Shown piece by piece: positions 49,990 to 61,399 of a stretch of 64,000 bases of DNA (position 1 is the stretch's first letter; every line of letters starts with the position of its first letter). The position numbers and the translations under genes were made by a program. Source of the DNA: Geosiphon pyriformis uo1 (lineage: Eukaryota; Fungi; Glomeromycota); the NCBI GenBank assembly GCA_016748015.1, contig JAAOMT010000627.1:310001-374000 (forward strand), written 5' to 3'. A model generated the notes under the pieces. That model was not told where the DNA came from. It searched no databases and worked only from the letters and a program-made list of their open reading frames with translations.

Positions 49990-52900
49990 GTAAATATAAT
50001 TGCATATAATTTTAAAAAAATTGGCAAAAAAACTTGTATAATTAATTAATTATTTAAGTTTAATATTAAAATATATTATATTATTATTTGCTTTAAATTA
50101 AAAAAACTATATAATTAGTATATTGTATTATTTTGGTATTTGGTAATATAATTTTTTTTAAATTAAATTAAATTTAATTTACTACAAAAAATATAAACAT
50201 TTTAAATACACAATATTAAAGTATAATTTTTTTAAAAATTTTTTTTTTATAAAAAATCTTTTTTAAATAGTAATTGTTTTTAGTTGGCTTATTTTTTTGC
50301 CAAAAAAAAACATTTCTATTTTGTGTTTAATAGATTTTAGTAAAAAATTTTTAGCTTAAATTGTATTATTAATTTTTATTATAAATAAGTATTAATTTAA
50401 ATCATATTTTAATTTTTTTTTATTTGGTTTGTTTTTGTTTGGTTTAATTGTTGTTTTATCTTATTTTATTTTTTTTAGAATTAATTAATTAACCATTTTT
50501 AAATAGTTATTAGAGTTTTTAATTAACCAAATAATTAAGATTTTAAATTAATTTAAGTTTTTTTGTTATTTTTTTTTAATTTTTTATCACATTTAGTTGT
50601 ATTAATGACTTTAAAATTTAATTTAATTTTAGATATAATTATAGATAATATTAATATATCAAATATTAGTATAATTAATATTGTATATAACTTTATATAT
50701 ATATATTATAATATTTTAAAAAATTTTACAACCAAAATCAACAGCTTAAAATTTAAAATAATTGTTTTTAAGATTTTTGTCAATATAGTTTTGGTAAAAT
50801 TAGATTAATTGTTTATTAGTTTTAACTTTTTATATAGTTTTATTTAAAATATAAATATTTTTGCTAAACAAAATAACATTATTTGTTAACATAAAAAAAT
50901 AAATAATATAGTATTAATTATAATAAAACCAAATTAAAGACCAATATTAAATCATAAATTAAAGACAAATTTAAAAAAATTTGAGTTTTTATATTAAATT
51001 AATTTTTGATTTTTTGAAGTTTAATATAATAAACAATATATTAATTAAATATATACATAAGATATTATAAATTTTTGGCAATTTGGTTGCTTTTTAAAAA
51101 CAATTTGTTAATTTTAATACTTAAATTATATGCTAAAGCTTTTATTAAAATTAGATTAAAATAAGGTTGTAAAATTTATTTTTTAATAATATAAGCAATT
51201 AATAATAGTATTTTTATTATATTAAAAAAATATTTTAATAAAAATAGCAATTATTAAAGTGCAAATTTTAAAAAATATTTTGATTTAAATTTATATAATA
51301 TTTTGGCTAATAGTTTAATAATTAAAATCTCAATATAAAACAATTTAAAAGATATTTACAAAGTTATTAATTATATTTTTGTTAATAATTTTTTGATTTT
51401 TGTAATTATTAATCATAATATTAGTAATGTTTCGAATTTTTTTAATATAAATTACAAAGTGATTTTAATATTAATTGGTTTAAATAAATTGTTAAATACA
51501 AATTTTTTTGGTAATATGCAAATTTGTTAACAAAAACCATTAAAAATTTAAGCTTCTGTTAAATAAAATCAATTCAAGAATTTGTTTTTGGTTTTGGTTT
51601 TAAATAAAGTTGTTTTTTATGTTTAAACAGTAACTTAAATAATATGTAAATTATTATTAAAGATATTTTTTGCTTATTAGTAGATAAGATATTTAATTTA
51701 TTATAGAATATTATTATAAATAATAATAAAAATAAATAATTATCTGAATTTTATAAGTTAAAAATATTAGTATTAAAAATTGTTAATAAATAAAAAAATA
51801 ACATTAATATTGAATTTAATTAATTAATAAAAATATAATAATCTGTTAATAAATCTAAAATAATTATAATAAAAAATATATTAAATTTTAATTCAAATAT
51901 AAAAAATATATATCTTATAAATATTTAGAATTAAAAAAGATTATAAAATCTTAAAATATCATAAATTTTCTGTAAATAAATTATTAAAAATTTAAATAGC
52001 TATTAATATATATAAAATTTTATGCTCAATAAAAGCTTTATAATCAAAAATATTTTATAATATTTATTTAGAAGAATTATTTTAAACCACTTAATTGTTG
52101 GTAATAAACTTATTTATAATTTTAATTTTGTAAAATTTAATATTAATAATATAATAAAAAACTAATTAGAAAAAAGTTAATATTAAAAATAATATTTAAT
52201 GTCTAATTAAATTAATATAAGCTTTTAAATTATATAAATTATAATATTATAAATTATATCTATTAAAAAAAATTAAATAAAATTGGTAAAAAATTTTTTA
52301 ATGATAAAGCAGTAAAATTGTCTGGTATTTTTAATAAACTGTAAAAATATTATGATAATATTGTTTTAAATTATTTTTACATTTTTTAAACATATATTTA
52401 AATATTAAAATAGTGTTTTTTTTTTAACATAAAATTTAAATATTTATAATTTTCAAGTTTTATAATTAGAATAATATTCTTATTAATACTTAATTTATTA
52501 TATTAATTAAAATTAACAAAAATATTTTCTTAAAAATATTGTTAAATCAAATTTTTTTAATATATAAAAAGTTTAAATATTTTTACATAATAATTTTTTG
52601 ATGTTAAAAAGCACCAGTATTTAGTCTCTTATTTTTGTAATTAGTTTGGTAATTAAAAATGTTTTAAAGAAAAAAAAAGCTTTAATTAATTTTATAAAAC
52701 ATGTATAAATAATTTAATAAAATAATTTTATTTAAAATACAGATTAATAAAAATTAAAATATGCAATATTTTTTTAGTAGTATTTATAATAAACAAATCA
52801 AGAAAATTATAATATATTTTGATTTAACAGATATATATATAATTCATAATAACTTAGATTAAAATAAAATTTTTTTACTACTACTATAAAAAATTTATTA

Positions 52901-53450
52901 TGATTTTCTTTTATATAAAATTAAAAAACAAAAACATATGTATAAAAATAAAAATAATTATGATGTGTAATAAATTAAAACAAATTAAGCTTATAATTAG
53001 CTTTATGTTATTTTTTACTATTAGAATATTTGTTAATAATACTATCTAAGTTAATAATTTTTTGATTAAAATATAATATATTTTAAACATTGTTAATAGT
53101 TTTTTTACTATTAATAATATTTTGATTAATAATAAAAAAATAGTAATTATTTCTATTAATTATAAAATTAAAATTTTTTTTTTAAATATTTAACAATTTA
53201 TTTTAAGTATTAAAAAAAATAAAATACACAAATATTTAAGTATTTTTTTATTAATTAAAAGTTTGTTTATATTTAACTTAAAAAAAGTAAATATAGATAT
53301 TAATTATTTTATAAATATTATTACTAATATATATGATTAAAATACAATACTTTTATGCAAAAAAATTACAATATATATTATAAAAATTAATATTAAAATT
53401 ATGTAAAAAAAACTATATTATCAAAATTAATCTAATAAATATTAATCAAT
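49990..53450 (+). mobile_element. Ghost LINE (end of ORF1 plus APE-RT of ORF2), eroded to near-pure AT
   Basis: Collinear relics: near 51090 FKNNL.ILIL.LYA (=LFKNKLSVSILGLYA); near 52300 NDKAVKLSGIFNKL*KYYD (=DGKAAGLSGISNKLWKHCD); near 52600 LKSTSI*SLIFVISLVIKNVLK; near 53030 FVNNTI* (=FVDDTIW). Confidence 0.8.
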
Positions 53451-53514
53451 AAAAAAAATTAATAATTAATTTAATTATAATTAAATTATAATATACTTTA
53501 ATTAAAAATCCAAA

Positions 53515-54383
53515 TTAAATACAAAAAAATCTTGATACAAATAACAAACCCATAACTTGGTGCTCAATAGTTAATGATGTTGATAATTTCTGAAAATTTT
53601 AAAATCTGAAAATTTTGGTTAAGTCTTTTGTATAATGAACAGAAATTCAATTGATAGTTTCTTTTATAAATTTTTTTCTTCAGTATAATGGCCAATTTAT
53701 TCTGGCAGTTGTGCTTTTTAGTAAGCTGTCCTTAAATTTTTACCCTTATTTTTGGGTTTTTTACCAGATTATCTTTAACATTAAATATTCAGTGCTTAAT
53801 TTTTTTAATCAATTAGCAAACAACAAAGAAACAAAAATAAAAAATAAAAAAAATAAGTAGTTAGTATTCTGTTAATAGTCATGATCAAAAGCTATTGATT
53901 TAGTGTAATTAAGTCTTGAATTCTATTAACATAAAGTGTTGATAGTATGAAATTAATTAATATTTTTTTAATCAAATAATAGTAACATAAATTTAGGTAA
54001 TAATTGATATTTTATTAATATATAGTTTGATTCCACTTTAAAATGTAGAAAACTATCTTTTGAAGAGAGAAGTATTGATAATTAATGGGTTGTAACTAAT
54101 TTCTTTGGATCAATTCTGTGTTTTCTGTTTTTAATACTCTCACTATATATACATAATTTTTTTTATACAAGATCTCATATTTTCTTGAACAATGTGCTCT
54201 ATTTTTTTTGACAACGTACTTATTGCTGAGCAATATACCATAATTTACTAACAATATGCCCATTGTTGAGTAATGTGTTATAATTTCTAATATTGTGTTC
54301 ACTTGCTAAGTCCTATTTTTTTATTGGTCTATTTTTTTATCTGTTTTTTTTACTTTCTTTTTTGTACTTTTTTATAAGTAATA
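53515..54383 (-). repeat. E3 3' LTR (about 870 bp, E4-related; left boundary approximate)
   Basis: Starts TATTACTTAT (eroded TGTTACTTAT) after the PPT; shares TTGAGCACCAAGTTATGGGTTT and ACTATCAACACTT blocks with 60491-61364. Confidence 0.75.
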
Positions 54384-54395
54384 TTATCTTTTTCT

Positions 54396-55020
54396 TTAAT
54401 ATTGAGCTCTATTAAAATTTTTATTTTGAATTAAGTTTATTATTTTTTTTTCTAATATTGTTTGTTTAATTCTATTCCTTATTTTTTCACATTAAAAGTT
54501 GTTTATTCTCTTTTACTAGTTAACAATTATTGTTTCTATTTTTTGGTGTAGTAATATTTCTAAATAATTTTGAAATATGATGTGTAATTAGTAAATTGTT
54601 TTAATGTATAGTATAGAATTTGTCTTTTTTTTTATAAAATTTTTAATTTGTTGTATTATTTCTTGATTGAATATTCTTTTGGATTTATTAATATATAATT
54701 CCTGAATATTTAATTTTTATTCCAACTAATAATAATAATATGATACTAAAAGTTGTTCTATTCATAGCTTTCAGTTTTCTTTAATTAGCTCCCCTGTTGA
54801 GATTATTATTGGTATTTTTCGAAAAGTGTTTTTTACTTTTTTTATGACTTTATTTGACAAGTGCTTTGTTTGGTTCTGTGGTCATTAATATAAAGTAATT
54901 CTTGTTTTTTTTTTGGTGTTTTAATAGCAAATTGTTTGGTAATTAATGATAATTTCTATGTTTAATTATTATTAATTCATGATCTAAAATAATTGTTAAG
55001 CTATTATGTAGATATAGTTT
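54396..55020 (-). pseudogene. E3 accessory ORF3 relic
   Basis: Translates SYYYY*LE*KL..KSKRIFNQEIIQQIKNFIKKKTNSILYIKTIY*LHIIFQNYLEILLHQKIETI, which aligns with E1 ORF3 YKYFYIGKTL..TPKAIQKQIHNEFKTAAEPTNTRYKLRAAFRLYDLFNTCENVLQNSILQPM. Confidence 0.7.
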
Positions 55021-58000
55021 GGAATTTTTATTTTTTAATTGTTGTTTTTATCACTTATATTGTGTTTTTATATACTATTTTTTGTAAATTAATTTAACAT
55101 GTTTGTATTAATAATTATAATTGGTTTTAGATCTTGTAAAATCTCATCTGATTGGACTAATATTTGTTGTACTTCTAGTTATGAAATATTATTAGTAAAT
55201 AATAATGTTATATTGTAATATGATTTTAGTCAATTCTCATGTGCTGTTTTAGTTAAAATTTTGTTGTTCCATCTTAATTTATAAGTTCTATTTCCTAGAA
55301 TTTTTTCAATATGAAATAGTTTATTCCATTTGGAATCAAATTTTCTATTCCATTGTTTTTCTGCTTTGGTACAATATAAGAGTACTTTGTTTCCAATTCT
55401 GAATTTAACTGGTTTATTTGGTAATTAGTTATTATATTATTTTTTTGTTTTGCTTGTGACTTTTGTATATTATTAGCTACTGTTTGCTTTTGGTTTTCTA
55501 AAGTTTTTATTAAGTTATATGTTCTTTTTAGTAATGTTTTTTGGAAGTTGACTTCTGTTATTAATTCTGTTAAATATGTATTAATATTTATCTTAACTAG
55601 TAATATTGCTGTTTTATTATAGACAAGTTCAAATAATATTGTTTGTGTAATATCTTGCTTTATTATCTAATAAGCAAATAATACTGATAATATAAACAAA
55701 TCCCATTTATTCTGATTTTTTTGGCTGATCTTGGCTATTGCTTTATACAATATTCTGTTAAACTTTTTGATTAAACTATTTGTTTATAAATAATATAATA
55801 ATAATAATGGTTTCTTAATTCCAAATTTTTGACTTAATTTTGTTAATGTTTTATTCACAAAGTAAGTTCCTTGGTTTGATAATAATTTTTTTGGATATCC
55901 ATATTAATAAATTATATCTTAGTATATAAATTTGACTATAAATTTTACATCTGTTCTTTGAATTGCTTTTGCTTTTGGCCATTTGTAAGATAATTTATGA
56001 CTACTGTTATATATTGATTGTCTCTGCCAGTTATTGTTAATGGTTCTACCAAATTGATTCCAATTCAATTAAATAATTGTTTTACTTTGACTAATCTTAA
56101 TAGTTTACTGAGTCTTATTTTTTCTCTTTTCTAACAAGTATTTTGTGTTTTTCTAATATAAAATATTTTGGTAAGTAATAAAATATTTTGATTGTTGTTT
56201 TATGTTGTTTTGTTCTTTTTAAGATAATTTCTTCTTGAACTATTAAGTATTAATATAATATTGGAGTTGTTAATATTTTTGTGTATTTATCTTTTGTTAT
56301 ATTTTTGGGTTTGAAATATTCTTAGATTTGTTTCATTTGTAATAAACTATCAGTATTTTTGTTTTTTTTTATAATGTACAGTAAAATTAAATGATGATAA
56401 TTTTATTTTCTATCTTGTATAATAATTGTCTCCAAATTTTTGTTTTTGAATTAATGTCAATTTTTTGTGATTAGTATAACATCAAACTTTTAACTTAAAT
56501 ATTTTTTCTATTTAATGACAGCTTAATAGATAGTTAAGTATTTTAATACTAAAGTTTTATAGTTCTTCTTGGCTGAATCTAAACTTTAACTGGCATATAT
56601 TACTGAATGTTTTCATTTATCTGCTTTTTTTTGTAACAATACAACTCCCAATACTTAACCAAATGGATTAATAGTAATAATAAATGATTTGTTATAATTT
56701 GAATAGATTAGTATTGAGATTTAAATAAGCTTTCTTCTCAAAATATTGAAAGCTTTTTGTTGAGTTTTAGTCTATTTATATTTTATATTATTTACTTAAA
56801 ACTGGTAAAGTGGTTGAGCCAGTTTGGAGAAGTTTTGAATAAAGCAATAATAATATCCAGCAAATTCCAAAAATGCTCTTAATTCTATTAAGTTTGTTAG
56901 TACTGGAAAGTTTTTAATTATTTCAATTTTGTCTGGGTTTGTTTTAATGTTATTTTTGCTTATAACATGTCTCAAAAACTTGAGTTTAATTTTGTTAAAA
57001 AAGTATTTAATTGTATTTAATTTTAATTTGGCTCTTTTTAATCTTTTAAATACTTGTTTTAGATAGTAAAAATGGTTATCAAACATTTTAGAGAACACAT
57101 TGGTGTTATCCAAGTAAACTACTACTGATTTCTATAATAATCTGGTGTAGATGAATTTCATAAGTTGTTAAAAGATGGTTGAAGCATTAGTTAAGCCAAA
57201 AAACATAATATCAAATTCAAAATTCTCTTTTTTGGTTGTAAATACTATCTTTTCTTTGTTGGCTAAATTCATAGTTAACCACTATCTAAGTTCAATATTG
57301 AAAACCATTTTTTTTTTCCAAAAACATTAAACAATTCTTATATCTGTAGAGTTGGATAGCTGTTTTCATAAATAATACTGTTGAGCTTTTAGTAATCCAC
57401 ACAAAAGTGAATCTTTCTATTTTTTTTATGGACTAATATTTCTAATAATAACCATAGATTTATTGATAGTTAAATTAACTTATTGTTTAACATTTGGTTG
57501 ATTTTTTGTCAGATAATTTTATAGCTAACTAATAATATTCTGTATGCTTATTGCTTGATTGGCATGGTATTTTCTATCTTGATCTGATATTAAATAATAT
57601 AGTTTTACCAAATTCATTTTCATTAGCAAAGATGTCAGTAAAATTGTTAAGTAGCATTTGTTAAAGTGGATCTAAATTTCTCAAGTTTATTTGTTTTAAT
57701 TGTTTTAGTTATAACAAATAATATTCTTCTTATTCATAAATTGTTTATAATATAATGTCTATATATTTGCATAGTAGTGAAAAATCTGGAATAGTAGTTA
57801 GGATTTGGTTTTTAACTTTAATGTTTAAGTATCTAATAGTAGTTCTACTTAGTATTTCTATAAGATCTTCAATTGTATTGTATATGAGAATCTTGATGTG
57901 TTTGTGGTTTTTGGCTAGTATATAAAGATTGGTAATAGTAATCTCTTCTAATTCACAAATGTTTGTTTTAGCTTTAAAAACCTGGAGTTAATCCTTTATT

Positions 58001-58119
58001 TTCTTCTCTATAACTACTGTATACTGGTCATATAGTAAAATAGAAATTGATTGATGGGTGGAGATAGTTTTTCCCTTATAAATAGTTTCTTTTTCTGTTA
58101 TATTGACTGGTATTTTTAT

Positions 58120-58520
58120 TCTATCTGTAAATTCAAATCTCTTTATCTCTCTTGCTGTAATTCTTAAATCTTTTTCTGTTCTCATTAATATTAACTGAGC
58201 TATTTTAATCAGAGACAAGAATATTGTCTGTGCTATCTTTTTATTTGGTTCAATGATATTTTTTTTCTAAATCATTTTGTAATATTACAATAATATTTTC
58301 TATATATCCTGTATCAATTATTTTTTCTTTGATATTAATTTCTTTTTTTGCTAAACTAAATTTAGAGACTAGTTGAACTATTGTTGTTGCCAGAATTTTC
58401 AGTATTATTTTCAGATCTATACTAGTGTGCATATGAAGTTCCAATCTGATGACAGTTTTTCCTAAATATCTAAAATCAAACTTTGTATTAATATTATATA
58501 TGTGTTTTGGCATAATATCT
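58120..58520 (-). pseudogene. dUTPase domain within E3 pol, between protease and RT
   Basis: Eroded motifs in order: NTKFDF (AGFDL), SKFSLAKK (SRSSLA), KIIDTGYIEN (GIIDAGY.G), IAQ, REIKRFEFT (RG..GFGST). Confidence 0.78.
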
Positions 58521-60490
58521 TTGTTATTATTACTGAACCATTTAAGTTCTTGCTCCTTTATGAAATCTGAAAGCATAATATATTGTTCAAAGTTGTAATT
58601 GGAGTTTGAATTATTATTTTTATTGCCATAGTAAATAAAGTTGGAACTATTGTTGTTGTTATTATTATTATCAAAGGTTGAATTACAATTGATTTTAATT
58701 CCAATTCTAAAACACATTTGCTGATTGGTTTTTCTTTTTTGGAGATTAAATAGATTATGTATAGTAGTAGATTATAGATAAGATTACAATCATTACAGTA
58801 TTCAAAGTTACTAGAAATTAGACAATATTTATAAAGTTTAGTGTTTAATTGTTTTAAATACTGTTTTTGCTCTTTTCTAATGAGTGTTAAATCTTGGTAG
58901 TGTTTATAGAATTGTTTTGAATCATTTAAGATGTCAATAAATGCATCTGAATTAAGAATAAAAATAGTTTTAACAGATTCTAGTGGGTTATTTTTGATCA
59001 CAAATATTTTACTGGGCAAAGTGTCTTTAACTTTGGTATTTGCTATTTACCAGATTTTGTTCTTATTGTGTAGATAACCATTCAAGCATAAAAGTATTCA
59101 GTTCTATGTAATATTAAAAAACATTTCTTGGCTTATTTAATCACTTATTAGAATCATGTATTGACATAATATGTCATATATTCTTTCTTAATTAAGAATA
59201 TTATTCCATATTTTTTTGTCAAATAAGAGTTCTCCACAAGTAAAACATGGTTTATTGTTTTATTTTTTTTGTTATTTAAGATAACCAAAATGTTTTCTGT
59301 AATACAGTTTGCAGTAGTAGTAAATGCATATTCAGTAGTTTTTTTCTGATAAGATCTAAGCTTTTATAGAAAAAAACTTTTTATTATAGTCAATATAGCT
59401 AAGTAGAATATATAATGATTCTTTTCTTGTATTAACAGAATATGATCTATTTTAGCCACTGATTATTTTTTTAGTGGCTATGGTGGCTTTTGGTTTGTCT
59501 TCTTTCTTTTTTTTCTTTTTATTATTCTAAAAAAATATTAACAGTAATTTATTGTGTTTGTCCTCAGTTTACAAAACTTAATAAGCTTTTCAAGTAGGGT
59601 TTTTTTTTTTTCTCTAACTTAATTAATAGTTGCTCTCTTAAAAAAGCTTTGAAGTATTTGCAGATAACTGGTACCTAAGTTTGTTGATCATTTTAACTAA
59701 GCTATAGCTCTTGTATAGTCCAATTAAATATGATATTGGTTTTAAACAGCCAGTTATTACTAATAAAAGCTTAATACTATGTGGCTTTTATTATAAGAAC
59801 TTTGATGAGTGTTATAATACTGTTAACTTTAAATAAAAAGTTATTAATTTTATTAATAGGAGTTTTAATGTTTCCATTAGTAATAATAATTCTGGTACTG
59901 ATAACATAATCAACTCAGTGATTTAATTGGTTCATGAATTGTCATGTGATAATATTGTCTATTGACTTATTATTAAGAATTAATTTGATAGATTGGCCAT
60001 TAACTTTGGCATTAATATATATAATAGTAATTGGTTTAGTATTAAGAGTGGCTCCACTAAATAAAAATAGTATTGTTAATTCTTCTATTTTAAAAAAAAA
60101 TATGACTGCAAGTAATTTATCTTCAGTGACAGTTGTTAGTAAAATATTGCTGATAAATAGTGTTTTTGGGCTTTTCAAGTTATTAGATGAGTTGATTTCT
60201 GGAGTAATCAGAAGACTTAAATATTTCTGGAAATTTAGGTTTTAGGTGTATCTACTTTCTGAACTCTGCTAACATAATTCTAATGATTAATTTAATAAAC
60301 TAAAAATTAGTTAATATATTACTATTGTTAATCTCTAATTTTGTTGTATATAAATAATTTTTGGTCTTTAATTGCTGGTTAACAATTGAACTAAGTTTTA
60401 AGCCAGTGTTTGAATTAGTTGTGATTAATAAATAATTTGTGACTGCAGTTAATAGATAATTGATGTAGAAATTTGATATACTAAAAATGA

Positions 60491-61364
60491 TGTTACTTAT
60501 AGAATATAGAAAATATAATATTATTAGTCAGTAGATATTAGCCAATCAGAAGTAGACATAGTAAATATGGAATTCCAGAATTTCTCTCAGAGGAATTGCA
60601 GGATTCCAGAAATTTCAGAATTTCCTAACAAGAAATTGCAGGATTCCAGAATTCCAGGATTCCTCTTATCAAGAATTGCAGGATTCCAGGAATTCTAGGA
60701 TTTCTGTCACAAAGAATTGAGGAATTGAGAAATCTCAATTATGTATATATAGCAGTAAGATTAGAAGCTGAAAAGACAGACCTTTCAAGTTTAGATTTAA
60801 TCTAAGCAACTCTCCAAATCACAACCATCTAATAAATAACTATTTGTTATCGTAAATCCATTTCCACTATCAACACTTCATGTTGATAGTAATCAATACT
60901 TAACCATACTAAAACAATAGTTCTTGATCACAGCTATTGACGGAATACTAACTTGTAAATTGCCTTGGCTTATTTCTTTTCTTTCTTTATTGTCTTTTTC
61001 TTTTCTTTATTTTCTTGCTTTAAGTTTATTGTTGTTTACTAATTCTATTGAGGATTAACGTATGGAGCATTGATGTCAGAATAAATGTGACTGGTAAAAG
61101 ACCCAGAAATAAAGGTAGAACATTCGATTGAAAATAACTTACCAGAAGAAATACTGGTCATCAAGCTGAGAAAAAAATTGACAAAACTGTAGTTTCAAGA
61201 AGCTATGAATAAAACTATCATCATTGAATCTCTGTCCATTATATAAAGAACTCAACCAAAACCTTCAGATACAAACCTTCAGATCATCATCAACTGCAAC
61301 TTGATTTGAGCACCAAGTTATGGGTTTTTATTTAATCCAACAAAAAAAATATTCACCTGTAACA
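60491..61364 (+). repeat. E4 5' LTR (874 bp)
   Basis: TGTTAC/GTAACA termini followed by PBS. Confidence 0.9.
60569..60740 (+). repeat. Tandem array of GAATTGCAGGATTCCAG(G/A)ATT-type units in the E4 U3 region
   Basis: Three near-identical GAATTGCAGGATTCCAG cores plus related partial units upstream of TATATATA. Confidence 0.85.
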
Positions 61365-61366
61365 TT

Positions 61367-61382
61367 TGGTGCTCCCTGTAAG
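61367..61382 (+). promoter_or_regulatory. tRNA primer-binding site of E4 (TGGTGCTCCCTGTAAG)
   Basis: 2 nt after the LTR; identical to the E2 PBS. Confidence 0.9.
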
Positions 61383-61399
61383 GTATAATTCTACAGAGA

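Larger units (their letters stand above)
53515..60490 (-). mobile_element. Decayed Ty3/Gypsy element E3 (gag end-PR-dUTPase-RT-RH-IN-ORF3-PPT-3' LTR), 5' part cut by insertion of E4
   Basis: PR relic KPITIIYINAKVNGQSIKLILNN; RT VYLDN, LKFLRHVI; integrase KAEKQW..KFDSKW; LTR homologous to the E4 LTR. Confidence 0.88.

Noticed and set aside
60569-60740. CRISPR-like array or heat-shock element
   Set aside because: Units lack unique spacers and lie in a eukaryotic LTR. One perfect TTCcaGAAatTTC (60604-60616) is not conserved in the other units and may be a product of erosion
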